A stretch of DNA of 64,000 nt from Thermoanaerobaculia bacterium. GTDB taxonomy: Bacteria > Acidobacteriota > Thermoanaerobaculia > Gp7-AA8. The DNA is taken from the NCBI GenBank assembly GCA_035525285.1, contig DATLFB010000033.1, positions 4,365 to 68,364 on the forward strand. The letters run 5' to 3'. Of this stretch, positions 44,675-52,812 are shown piece by piece. Under the pieces are notes generated by a model. That model was not told where the DNA came from, ran no database searches, and saw nothing but the letters and a program-made list of their open reading frames with translations. Positions within the stretch are counted from its first letter, which is position 1, and every line of letters begins with the position of its first letter. Both the position numbers and the translations under genes were made by a program.

Positions 44675-45535
44675 CTATCGCGTCCCCGTCCTCACCTTCT
44701 CGATCTCTTCCCTCTTCATCTGCACGAACTGCTGCAGGGTCTCCGTGTAGATCTCCGTGTCGCGGCGCACGCGCAGCGGGACGCGTGAGTCGTAATACTG
44801 GCGGCCTTCCTCGACCTCGTCGTGGAGGATCTCGAAGAAGTTGTTGTTGCGGATCCCCTGCTCCACTTTCCCCGCGTGATAAATGATGATGTCAGAGAGG
44901 ATCAGACGCGCGAGGCGTCGTGCTTCATCGTACTCGCGCGGCTCGATCGGCACTTCCCTGGTGTCGCCCAATTCGGGAAACAGCTTGCGCAGGATCTGCC
45001 GGAACTCCTTCTCGGGGATCAGCTCCTCGATGTACTCGTCGGCGCCGTACAGGTTCGTCGGATTCGCGCGGAAGCGGTTCGCGCGGAAGAGTGCGCCGAT
45101 GAGGATGACGCGCGTGTGCTCGAGTCCGGGATCGGCCTTGATGTCCTCGGAGACTTCGACGCCGAGCTTACCCTTCAGATAGACGTTGACGATGACGAGA
45201 TCGGCGCGCGCGCGGCGCACGTACTCGAGCGTCGGATCGCCGGTCTCGAAGTACTGCACCTCGAAGCCGAGGCGGCGGAGATGCTCGCCGAGGAAGCGGC
45301 GGAACGGGCGGGGCTCGTCGGCGATGGCGGCGGTGCGGCGGCGCGGCATCGGAGTCGGAGGCGGCGGCTCGTCGTCGAGATCGGGATGTGCGACGGGATG
45401 CATGCCGCTCGCGCTGCGCGGCTTGAGCACCATCTGATACTCGCAGCGCGGACAGGCCACGCGCACCGGTGAGCTCAGCGGCAGGTTCACGACGGCCCGA
45501 AAGGTCGAGCCGCATTTTTTGCACGTCAGTTCCAT
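44675..45535 (-). CDS. Zinc-ribbon (MJ0042-type) plus receiver-like domain protein
   Basis: MELTCKKCGSTFRA...VACPRCEY, then ...ADLVIVNVYLKGKLG...RVILIGALF (REC-like). Confidence 0.5.
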   Translation of the reverse strand: MELTCKKCGSTFRAVVNLPLSSPVRVACPRCEYQMVLKPRSASGMHPVAHPDLDDEPPPPTPMPRRRTAAIADEPRPFRRFLGEHLRRLGFEVQYFETGDPTLEYVRRARADLVIVNVYLKGKLGVEVSEDIKADPGLEHTRVILIGALFRANRFRANPTNLYGADEYIEELIPEKEFRQILRKLFPELGDTREVPIEPREYDEARRLARLILSDIIIYHAGKVEQGIRNNNFFEILHDEVEEGRQYYDSRVPLRVRRDTEIYTETLQQFVQMKREEIEKVRTGTR

Positions 45536-45557
45536 CGATGAAGTCCGGTGGCCGGGA

Positions 45558-46280
45558 TCACGCCGTGCTTGCCGCGAGTGCCCTGCTGTCCAACAGCTTG
45601 TCCAAATCGAGGAGGATCGTCAACGCGTCCGAGACGCGGAAGACGCCGCGAATCGACTCGTCGAGCTCCGTCGAGTGCACCACGGGGGGCGGCTCGATCG
45701 TTTCCGCCCCCGTTTTCACGACGCGCAGGACGCGGTCGACGACGAAGCCGATCATCTCGTTGCGCTGGTCGATGACGACGATCCGCGTGTCGGCCGTGTC
45801 CTCCCCCGCCGGCGGATGGCCGAGTTTTTTGCGCACGTCGACGAGGGTCACGATCGTGCCGCGGAGGGAGATGATGCCGACGACCGACGCGTCGGCGTTG
45901 GGGATGCGCGTGAGCGGCCGCGGCGTGACGATCTCCACGATGCGCTCGATGTCGACCGCGTACTGCTCGCGCGCGATGACGAAGGTGAGGAGCTCGAGCT
46001 GCGACTCGGGCGCCGTTTCCTCCTCGGCGATCTTTCCCGCCTCGGCCTCGCGACGCTTGCCGGCTTGTTCCTTGAAGCGATCGAGCTTGGAGGACGTCGG
46101 CATGTCATCCCGAGCGGAGCCAGGGACCTGGGGCTCGGGTGGCGGCGCGATCTGCGATGTTTCGGGCGCGGATGGCGCCGCCTCCCGCCCGGGTCCCTCG
46201 CTCTCGCTCGGGATGACATCAGAACGCGCCTCTTCTTTACCTTTCTTTGCCTTCTTGCGGATCTTGACCAGATCAACCAT
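45558..46280 (-). CDS. cheW: Chemotaxis coupling protein CheW (with low-complexity N-terminal extension)
   Basis: ...LLTFVIAREQYAVDIERIVEIV...VGIISLRGTIVTLVDVRKKLG...IVVIDQRNEMIGFVVDRV. Confidence 0.8.
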   Translation of the reverse strand: MVDLVKIRKKAKKGKEEARSDVIPSESEGPGREAAPSAPETSQIAPPPEPQVPGSARDDMPTSSKLDRFKEQAGKRREAEAGKIAEEETAPESQLELLTFVIAREQYAVDIERIVEIVTPRPLTRIPNADASVVGIISLRGTIVTLVDVRKKLGHPPAGEDTADTRIVVIDQRNEMIGFVVDRVLRVVKTGAETIEPPPVVHSTELDESIRGVFRVSDALTILLDLDKLLDSRALAASTA

Positions 46281-47085
46281 GCGCGCTCTCCATGTGGTGC
46301 TCGCGGGCGGCGGCGGCGACGCGCGACGGGTCGATCGTCTCCGCGTCTTCGCCGAACGCGTCGAGGAGCGCGGTCGTGGCGAGGGTGTTGATCAGGCGGG
46401 GGATGCCGCCGCTGACGGCGTGGATCTCTTCCATGGCTCTTCGGTCGAACGGATTGCGCGTGCCGCCGGCGACGCGAATGCGATGTTCGATGTAGGCAAT
46501 CGTCTCGTCGAGCGACAGCGGACCGAGAGAGTACCGCATGCCGATGCGCTGCCGAAGCGGCGCGTACGCATCGCGCTCGAGGCGCCGCTCGAGCTCGGGC
46601 TGGCCGATGAGAATCACCGAGAGGAGGTTCTGATCGTCGAGCTGAAAGTTCGTCAGCAGGCGGATCTCGTCGAAGGTCGCCTTCGTCGGAATCAGCTGCG
46701 CCTCGTCGATCATCAGCACCGGCTCGCGCTTCTCTTCGTACAGCTCGTAGAGGCGCGTGTGGATCTGATCGAGGATGTCGTTCCGAAACCGCGCCGGCTC
46801 GACGCCCATCCCGCGCGCGATCTGCTTCAAAAGCTGCGTCGGCGTGAGCCGCGGATTGATCAGCAGAACCACCGGCCGCTCCTCGCCGATGCGATCGATC
46901 AGCGCGCGGCTGAGCGTCGTCTTCCCCGACCCGATGTCGCCCACGAGCAGCGCGAGCTCCTTTTCCTCGACCGCGTATTCGAGGCGGGCGAGTGCCTCTT
47001 TGTGCTGAGGGGACTCGTAGAGGAATCCTGGATCCGGCGTCCTGCCGAAGGGTTTGGTGGCGAGGCCGAAGAATTCTTCGAACAT
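46273..47085 (-). CDS. ExeA-like AAA ATPase
   Basis: ...LALLVGDIGSGKTTLSRALI (Walker A)...VLMIDEAQLI (Walker B)... Confidence 0.65.
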   Translation of the reverse strand: MFEEFFGLATKPFGRTPDPGFLYESPQHKEALARLEYAVEEKELALLVGDIGSGKTTLSRALIDRIGEERPVVLLINPRLTPTQLLKQIARGMGVEPARFRNDILDQIHTRLYELYEEKREPVLMIDEAQLIPTKATFDEIRLLTNFQLDDQNLLSVILIGQPELERRLERDAYAPLRQRIGMRYSLGPLSLDETIAYIEHRIRVAGGTRNPFDRRAMEEIHAVSGGIPRLINTLATTALLDAFGEDAETIDPSRVAAAAREHHMESAHG

Positions 47086-47094
47086 GGATCAAAT

Positions 47095-47180
47095 GAAGGC
47101 AGAAGGCAGAAGGCAGAAGGCAGAACTGAGAAGTTCCACGTTTCTGCCTTCTGCCTTCTGCCTTCTGCCTTCTGCCTTCA
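47095..47180. repeat. Heptamer-tandem hairpin, family C (GAAGGCA)
   Basis: tgaaggcagaaggcagaaggcagaaggcagaactgagaagttccacgtttctgccttctgccttctgccttctgccttca. Confidence 0.85.
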
Positions 47181-49232
47181 TCAATGCACCAGCGCCCCCG
47201 CCCTCACATCGCGGGCACGCCCCCCAAAATGATCGATCAGCGATCCCACATCGACGACGAGAATGATGTCGCTCTCCCCGATTTCCGTCGCCCCCGCGAT
47301 CCCGGGAATCGTCTTCAGCCTCTCGCCGATCGACTTGATCACTACTTCCTGCTGGCGCACGAGCGCGTCGACGAGAATGCCGATCGTCTTTTCGCCGGCG
47401 CGCGTGACGACGATGAACCACTTCGTGTCGGGGCCGTGGTCGTGGTTGTCCTCGAGGCTGAACGCATCGGCGAGCCGCAACAGCGGCAGCGTGAAGTCGC
47501 GCAGCGTGAAGACTTCCTTCCGCTCGACTGTGCGGATGTCGCGCGAGTAGATGCGCAGCGACTCTTCGACGGACGTGAGCGGAATGGCGAACTTCTCGCC
47601 GCTGGCCTCGACGATCAATGCCTGGATGATCGCCAGCGTGATCGGCAGGGAGATGCGGAACGTCGTTCCTTCGCCGAGGCGCGTGACGACGTCGATCGTG
47701 CCCTTGAGCTCCTGGATGTTCTTCTTGACCACGTCGAGGCCGACGCCGCGCCCGGAGATCTCGCTCACGGCGGCAGCGGTGGAGAAGCCGGGCGTGAACA
47801 TCAGCTCGTATGCGCGCTGCTGATCGACCGCGTCCTTCTCGCCGATCAGTCCGCGGTGCACCGCGACGCGGCGGATGTTCTCCGGATCGATCCCGCGCCC
47901 GTCGTCGGTCACATCGAGCACGACCGAGTTCCCCTGCTGATACGCGTTCAGCGTCACGCGTCCCACGGGATTCTTTCCCGCCGCTCGCCGCTCCTCCGAG
48001 GGCTCGATGCCGTGATCGATGGCGTTGCGGATGATGTGCATCAGGGGATCGGTCAGCTCCTCGACCATCATCTTGTCGAGCTCCGTGTCCTCGCCGCGCA
48101 GGATGAGCTCGATCTCTTTGGTCAGCTCGCGCGCGACCTTGCGAACGGTTCGCGATAGTTTCGAGTAGATCTGTCCGACCGGGACCATGCGGATCTCGAT
48201 GACCGACTTCTGCAGCTCGTTGAGCTTGCGGTCGAGATTGCGCGAGATCTTTCCCAGCTCGTGCGAGGCCATGCGCGCCTGCTGCGCGTGCGTGCCCTGG
48301 CCGAGGGCTCTCGCCAGGGTTTCGAGCTGCGTCTTCTCGATGATCAGCTCGCCAACGATGTTCATCACGTGATCGAGCTTCGCGATGTCGACGCGCACGG
48401 TCTGCGAGAGCGATCGCAGCGACAGCTCTTCTTCCGCCGCCGCCTCGATCGGCGCGACGGTGACGCCGGCCGGACCGGCCACGGCCGGCGAGACCGCTTT
48501 TCGCAGCGAGGTCACCACCGCTTCCGGCGCGATCGCCTGCACGGCCGCGTCGTTGAGCATCGATCCGTACAGCAGGCGGAAGGCGATGCCGTTCACGTTG
48601 CCCGTCGGAATCGCGGGCAGCGTCGAGATCACTTCGCCCGCCTCGCTGAGGTTCGCGGTGATCGCGCGCAGCCGCTCGTCGAAGTCGGCGAAATCGAACG
48701 TCACTTCGAGCGAGAGGATGTGCTTGCCGGAGCGCACGTTCTCCATCAGGCGATGCTCTTCGTATTCGGTGAGCGACTTCTTCGTCTGCTCGTCGAGGGT
48801 CAGCGCCGCGAACGGATCTTCATGTTTCTGCTGCGGCTGGCTGGTGACGATCTGGTGGATGCGGCGCGTGAGGCCGGTCATGTCGACGAGACCGCCGACG
48901 GACGAGTCGTTGATGGCGATGACGAGGCGATTGAGGCTGTCGACGGAGTCGTAGAGCAGATCGATCAGCTCGCGCGAGAACTCGATCTTCCCCATGCGCA
49001 GGCGGTCGAGCATGTCCTCGAGGCTGTGCGAGAGCTCGGAGATCTCGGTGAAGCCGAGCATGCCCGCGAGGCCCTTGAGCGAGTGCACCTCGCGGAAGAT
49101 CTTGTTGACCAGCTCGGGGCGGACATTCTTTCCCTGCTGTTCGAAGTCGACGAGATCGCGCGAGAGTGTGTCGAGAAGCTCTTCCGCCTCGCTGGTGAAC
49201 TCTTCCCGTGCGCGATCGTCTTCGCGTGCCAT
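47181..49232 (-). CDS. cheA: Chemotaxis histidine kinase CheA
   Basis: Hpt (...FREVHSLKGLAGMLGF), dimerisation, HATPase (...HIIRNAIDHGIE...DDGRGID...GRGVGLDVV), C-terminal CheW-like domain. Confidence 0.9.
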   Translation of the reverse strand: MAREDDRAREEFTSEAEELLDTLSRDLVDFEQQGKNVRPELVNKIFREVHSLKGLAGMLGFTEISELSHSLEDMLDRLRMGKIEFSRELIDLLYDSVDSLNRLVIAINDSSVGGLVDMTGLTRRIHQIVTSQPQQKHEDPFAALTLDEQTKKSLTEYEEHRLMENVRSGKHILSLEVTFDFADFDERLRAITANLSEAGEVISTLPAIPTGNVNGIAFRLLYGSMLNDAAVQAIAPEAVVTSLRKAVSPAVAGPAGVTVAPIEAAAEEELSLRSLSQTVRVDIAKLDHVMNIVGELIIEKTQLETLARALGQGTHAQQARMASHELGKISRNLDRKLNELQKSVIEIRMVPVGQIYSKLSRTVRKVARELTKEIELILRGEDTELDKMMVEELTDPLMHIIRNAIDHGIEPSEERRAAGKNPVGRVTLNAYQQGNSVVLDVTDDGRGIDPENIRRVAVHRGLIGEKDAVDQQRAYELMFTPGFSTAAAVSEISGRGVGLDVVKKNIQELKGTIDVVTRLGEGTTFRISLPITLAIIQALIVEASGEKFAIPLTSVEESLRIYSRDIRTVERKEVFTLRDFTLPLLRLADAFSLEDNHDHGPDTKWFIVVTRAGEKTIGILVDALVRQQEVVIKSIGERLKTIPGIAGATEIGESDIILVVDVGSLIDHFGGRARDVRAGALVH

Positions 49233-49304
49233 GGACCGCGCTCATGGTAGCGCATCGCCAGTCCCCTCTCCCGGCCAGGAGTCTGCGCGGCAGGAAGCGA
49301 TCGT

Positions 49305-49362
49305 GGAGGGCGGACGTCTCGTCCGCCCAGCGGACGGGAGGCGGACGAGACGTCCGCCCTCC
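49305..49362. repeat. Palindrome family G
   Basis: ggagggcggacgtctcgtccgcccagcggacgggaggcggacgagacgtccgccctcc. Confidence 0.8.
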
Positions 49363-49427
49363 ATGCCACGCGGGAGAGGATTCTCCAGGCCGGCCGTGAG
49401 TGCCAGGGTGTGGGGCCCTTCATCCGG

Positions 49428-49805
49428 CTACGCGACTTTCAAAAGTCTGCGTAGTTTCTCGACGAGCTCCCCCGCCTGGAACGGCTTGACCAGGTACTCC
49501 TCCGCGCCGAGCGCCGCGGCGCGGCGGCGGTCCTCTTCGGTCGACTCGGTGGAGATGACCATGATCGGGATGGCGCGGTAGACGGGATGGTTCTTGAGGA
49601 AGCTCACCAGCTCGAGGCCGTTGATGTCGGGCATGTTGATGTCGGTGAGGATGGCGTCGAACTTGTGATGAGGAAGCGTCTTCAGCGCTTCGAAGCCGCT
49701 CGCGGCCTCGACGATCTCGAGGTCGTAGCTCTCGGTGCCGCTTTCGATGATCGTCGTCAGGTAGGCGCGCATCGACGACGAGTCTTCCACTACCAGAATC
49801 TTCAT
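49428..49805 (-). CDS. cheY: Chemotaxis response regulator CheY
   Basis: MKILVVEDSSSMRAYL...AILTDINMPDINGLEL...GAEEYLVKPF. Start at MKILVV. Confidence 0.85.
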   Translation of the reverse strand: MKILVVEDSSSMRAYLTTIIESGTESYDLEIVEAASGFEALKTLPHHKFDAILTDINMPDINGLELVSFLKNHPVYRAIPIMVISTESTEEDRRRAAALGAEEYLVKPFQAGELVEKLRRLLKVA

Positions 49806-49809
49806 ACCC

Positions 49810-51675
49810 TCACCGCCGCCCCGCCCTCTCGGAAGCAAACACCGCGTTGCCGAATGCGTATCCGGCCTGCGACAGGAAAATCTCGAGACCCGTCATGCTG
49901 TCGATCGGCGCACGATGCTCGGCGTTGTCGCCGTACAGAATACCAATCGCGCGATGCTCGTGCATGATCGGAAGGGCAACGACTTCCGTCGGCAGCAATC
50001 CGCCGAGGCCGTCGATGAGCTCGACATTCGCAGGCGTGCGCCGCATTTTCCCGTGATGGGCCTGCCCGCTTTGCGCGACGTCGGCGAGTACTGACGTCTG
50101 ATCGCGCGCGATGCGAAGCCTGCGCACGCGCGCGTCCGCCTCATCGCCCGCGGCGCCGGTGACGCCGAATCCGCCCAGGCCGACGAACTCTTTTTCGTTC
50201 GCCATGAAGAGCGCGCCGCGGTCGAGGTATTCGGCGGACAACCGGAGAATCGTCGCGGAAACCTGTCCGATGTCGTTCGGATTCGAGAGCTCGTTGATGA
50301 GCTGCCGCAGCAGATGGAACGAGCGATCGATGGTGTCCTTCGTGGCCATCTCGTAGAACTTCCTGCCGGCGTCGGGGCCGAGGCCGCGCGTGGTCTGCTC
50401 CCAATGCTCGAAGGCTCGCTCGGCGAAGAGCACGAGCTCGTCGGCGAAGAGCGAGAGCTCTTCTTCGGCGAGCCCCGGCTGCAGTCGCGCGGGAGACGGC
50501 TTGGTGAGATAGAGATCGGCGCCCGCGCGCAGGAGGTTGTGGCGGCGGCGCAGATCGGCTTCGATGTCGATGAGGACGATCGGCAGCCGCGGGTTCTTGC
50601 GCTTGACCTGCTGCATCAACCGGACGGAGGCCTCGTCTTCGGTCAGCTCGAGGAAGGTGACGAAGAAACTGTTCGCGCGGAAGAGCTCCGTCATCGCGGC
50701 GCGTACGTCTTCGAGTGTGCCGTACTGGAAAATCTTCGCGCCTTCGCGTGTGAACGCGCGCCGCGCGGCGACACGCACGAGCGGGTTGCGCTCGAACAAC
50801 ACGACATTCCGAAACGCCGCCTCCGGGGACTCGACTTCGAACAACCCGCCGGCGACTTTGAACTGGCCGCTGCCCGCGGGCGGCTGGCGCGTGGAGGACA
50901 GGCGATCCCGCCTGTCGTCTTCCGGGACAGGCAGGATTGCCTGTCCTCCACTGACGGTGTCCGGCAACTCTTCCACGGGTGTGAACGGCTTCTCGGCCGG
51001 CGCAGGGAACGTCAGGATGTTGTCGGTCGCCGTTTCCGCGGTGCCGGGAAGTTTCGGCACGGGCGGAGGACCGAGCGGCTGTCCGAGTCCGAGGTTGAGC
51101 GATGCGGGCGTGGCCTCGGCGGGAGCGGATCCGCGCAGCAATGCTTTCCCCACTTTCAGCGACTCCTCGAGTCCTTTCAGCGGCTTGATCTTCTCGCCGT
51201 CCGCGGCGCCGACGATCCTGTTCGGCGCGAACCCGCCTTCCTTGAAGAGTTGATCGGGCTCGTACTCGACGTCGAGCGGCGTCATCGTCTCGCTGAGGAT
51301 GAAGTTGAACTCCCCTTCCTTGCTCTGCAGCAGTGGCGTGACGACGGTCTGCACGCGCTCGCGAATCGCGTTCGCCAGATCGTCTTGCGAGAGGAGATTG
51401 AGCTCGAGGACGGCGGTGCCGTTCGGAATCCCCTGCTCCTCCATCTTCCGCACGACCTTCGCGCTCTCCTCGGGAATCAGCCCCGCGTTGAGGAGGTACG
51501 CGACGAGGTCATGATCCTCGGGGGATGAGGCATTGACCACGAGCCCGCCGCGAAACATCACCGTGTGCCGTCCGCTCGAGTTGATGATCTCGAGCACTCC
51601 CGTGCGACGGGAGAGATAGACGATCTGGACGATGTCGGTGAGGGAGAGATCCTCTAAACGCCCAAGGAGGCTCAT
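49810..51675 (-). CDS. DUF4388 + receiver-like + GAF domain protein, carrying an in-frame palindrome H insertion
   Basis: Start at MSLLGRLEDLSLTDIVQIVYLSRRTGVLEI (DUF4388-like). ...LPIVLIDIEADL... (REC-like). C-terminal GAF-like ...RGALFMANEKEFVGLGG.... Segment ...DTVSGGQAILPVPEDDRRDRLSSTRQPPAG is encoded by palindrome 50886-50951. Confidence 0.55.
   Translation of the reverse strand: MSLLGRLEDLSLTDIVQIVYLSRRTGVLEIINSSGRHTVMFRGGLVVNASSPEDHDLVAYLLNAGLIPEESAKVVRKMEEQGIPNGTAVLELNLLSQDDLANAIRERVQTVVTPLLQSKEGEFNFILSETMTPLDVEYEPDQLFKEGGFAPNRIVGAADGEKIKPLKGLEESLKVGKALLRGSAPAEATPASLNLGLGQPLGPPPVPKLPGTAETATDNILTFPAPAEKPFTPVEELPDTVSGGQAILPVPEDDRRDRLSSTRQPPAGSGQFKVAGGLFEVESPEAAFRNVVLFERNPLVRVAARRAFTREGAKIFQYGTLEDVRAAMTELFRANSFFVTFLELTEDEASVRLMQQVKRKNPRLPIVLIDIEADLRRRHNLLRAGADLYLTKPSPARLQPGLAEEELSLFADELVLFAERAFEHWEQTTRGLGPDAGRKFYEMATKDTIDRSFHLLRQLINELSNPNDIGQVSATILRLSAEYLDRGALFMANEKEFVGLGGFGVTGAAGDEADARVRRLRIARDQTSVLADVAQSGQAHHGKMRRTPANVELIDGLGGLLPTEVVALPIMHEHRAIGILYGDNAEHRAPIDSMTGLEIFLSQAGYAFGNAVFASERAGRR
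50886..50951. repeat. Palindrome family H, intragenic and in-frame
   Basis: gtggaggacaggcgatcccgcctgtcgtcttccgggacaggcaggattgcctgtcctccac. Confidence 0.85.
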
Positions 51676-51694
51676 CGCGGCACGCGTGTCCGGC

Positions 51695-51788
51695 GAAGGC
51701 AGAAGGCAGAAGGCAGAAGGCAGAAGTGAGAAAACGACGTGGCGTTGTTTCTTCCTTCTGCCTTCTGCCTTCTGCCTTCTGCCTTCAT
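51695..51788. repeat. Heptamer-tandem hairpin, family C (GAAGGCA)
   Basis: gaaggcagaaggcagaaggcagaaggcagaagtgagaaaacgacgtggcgttgtttcttccttctgccttctgccttctgccttctgccttca. Confidence 0.85.
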
Positions 51789-52204
51789 CCGGTTCCCGCG
51801 AGATTGTACCGTTTGAGTATCCCGTCAAGTATCCCGTTGATGAATTGACTCGACTTCTGGGTTCCGAACTTCTTCGCGATCTCGATCGCTTCATCGATGA
51901 TGACGAGCTTCGGCGTGTCGCTTTCGTGCATGAATTCGTAGATGGACATGCGGATGATGTTGCGGTCGACGGCGGCCATGCGCGAGAGGCGCCAGTTCTC
52001 GGCCTGGTTCTGGATCATCTCGTCGATCTCGGCGATGTGATCGACCGTGCCCCGGAAGATCCGGGTCGCGAACTCGCGCGTGTTCGGCTTCGACTTCTGC
52101 AGTTCCTCGAACGTCTCGATGATCTGATCCGGCGGATTGCCGGCCAGGTCGTGCTGAAAGAGCATCTGCAGTGCGAGCTCGCGTGCTTTGCGGCGGGCGC
52201 CCAT
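51785..52204 (-). CDS. nusB: Transcription antitermination factor NusB
   Basis: MGARRKARELALQMLFQHDL...RNIIRMSIYEF... Confidence 0.85.
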   Translation of the reverse strand: MGARRKARELALQMLFQHDLAGNPPDQIIETFEELQKSKPNTREFATRIFRGTVDHIAEIDEMIQNQAENWRLSRMAAVDRNIIRMSIYEFMHESDTPKLVIIDEAIEIAKKFGTQKSSQFINGILDGILKRYNLAGTG

Positions 52205-52699
52205 CTAGATCCCTCCGGTGCGAAGCGCGCGCCATAGGTTCGCCATCTCGATCGCGGCGAGCGCCGCCTCCCATCCCTTGTTCGATGTGCCTTCCGAGGA
52301 GCGCTCGACCGCCTGCTCACGCGTGTTGCAGGTGATCACGCCGAAGGCGATCGGAAAGCGCGCCTCGCAGGAGACGCGCGAGAGCTCGCTCGTCACCTGC
52401 GCGGAGATGAAATCGAAGTGCGGCGTGTCGCCGCGCAGGAGGCATCCGAGCGCGATGATCGCGTCGCGCGGCGCATCGCCGCTGATTGCGTCACCGGCGA
52501 GCTTCGCGGCGAGCGTGGGGATCTCGAACGCACCGGGAACGCGGTAGAGCGCGATGTCCTCGTCGTCCGCGCCGTGGCGCGCGAGACACATGAGCGCGCC
52601 GTCGAGCAGGCCGGAGACGATGTCATCGTTGAAGCGCGCGGCGACGATCGCGAATCTCGAGCCTTGCGCGGCGAGGTCGCCTTCGAAAGAGCGGGGCAT
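52205..52699 (-). CDS. ribH: 6,7-dimethyl-8-ribityllumazine synthase
   Basis: ...FAIVAARFNDDIVSGLLDGA...YRVPGAFEIP...IIALGCLLRGDTPHFDFI... Confidence 0.9.
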   Translation of the reverse strand: MPRSFEGDLAAQGSRFAIVAARFNDDIVSGLLDGALMCLARHGADDEDIALYRVPGAFEIPTLAAKLAGDAISGDAPRDAIIALGCLLRGDTPHFDFISAQVTSELSRVSCEARFPIAFGVITCNTREQAVERSSEGTSNKGWEAALAAIEMANLWRALRTGGI

Positions 52700-52717
52700 T
52701 CGGGGCGGATTATAGGT

Positions 52718-52812
52718 TGCCCGGTTGCCCGGTTTCCCAGTTGCCCGGTGTCAAGGCGCCGGCACCCGCACGGCGCCACCGGGCGACCGGGAAGCCGGGA
52801 AACCGTTCATCG
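52718..52812. repeat. Palindromic element, family I
   Basis: ggttgcccggttgcccggtttcccagttgcccggtg...caccgggcgaccgggaagccgggaaaccg. Confidence 0.8.

Noticed and set aside
2470-51790. Heptamer tandem repeats considered as CRISPR arrays
   Set aside because: Units are only 7 nt with no unique spacers. Each locus is a single inverted pair of short tandem blocks, not a repeat-spacer array. No cas genes are present.
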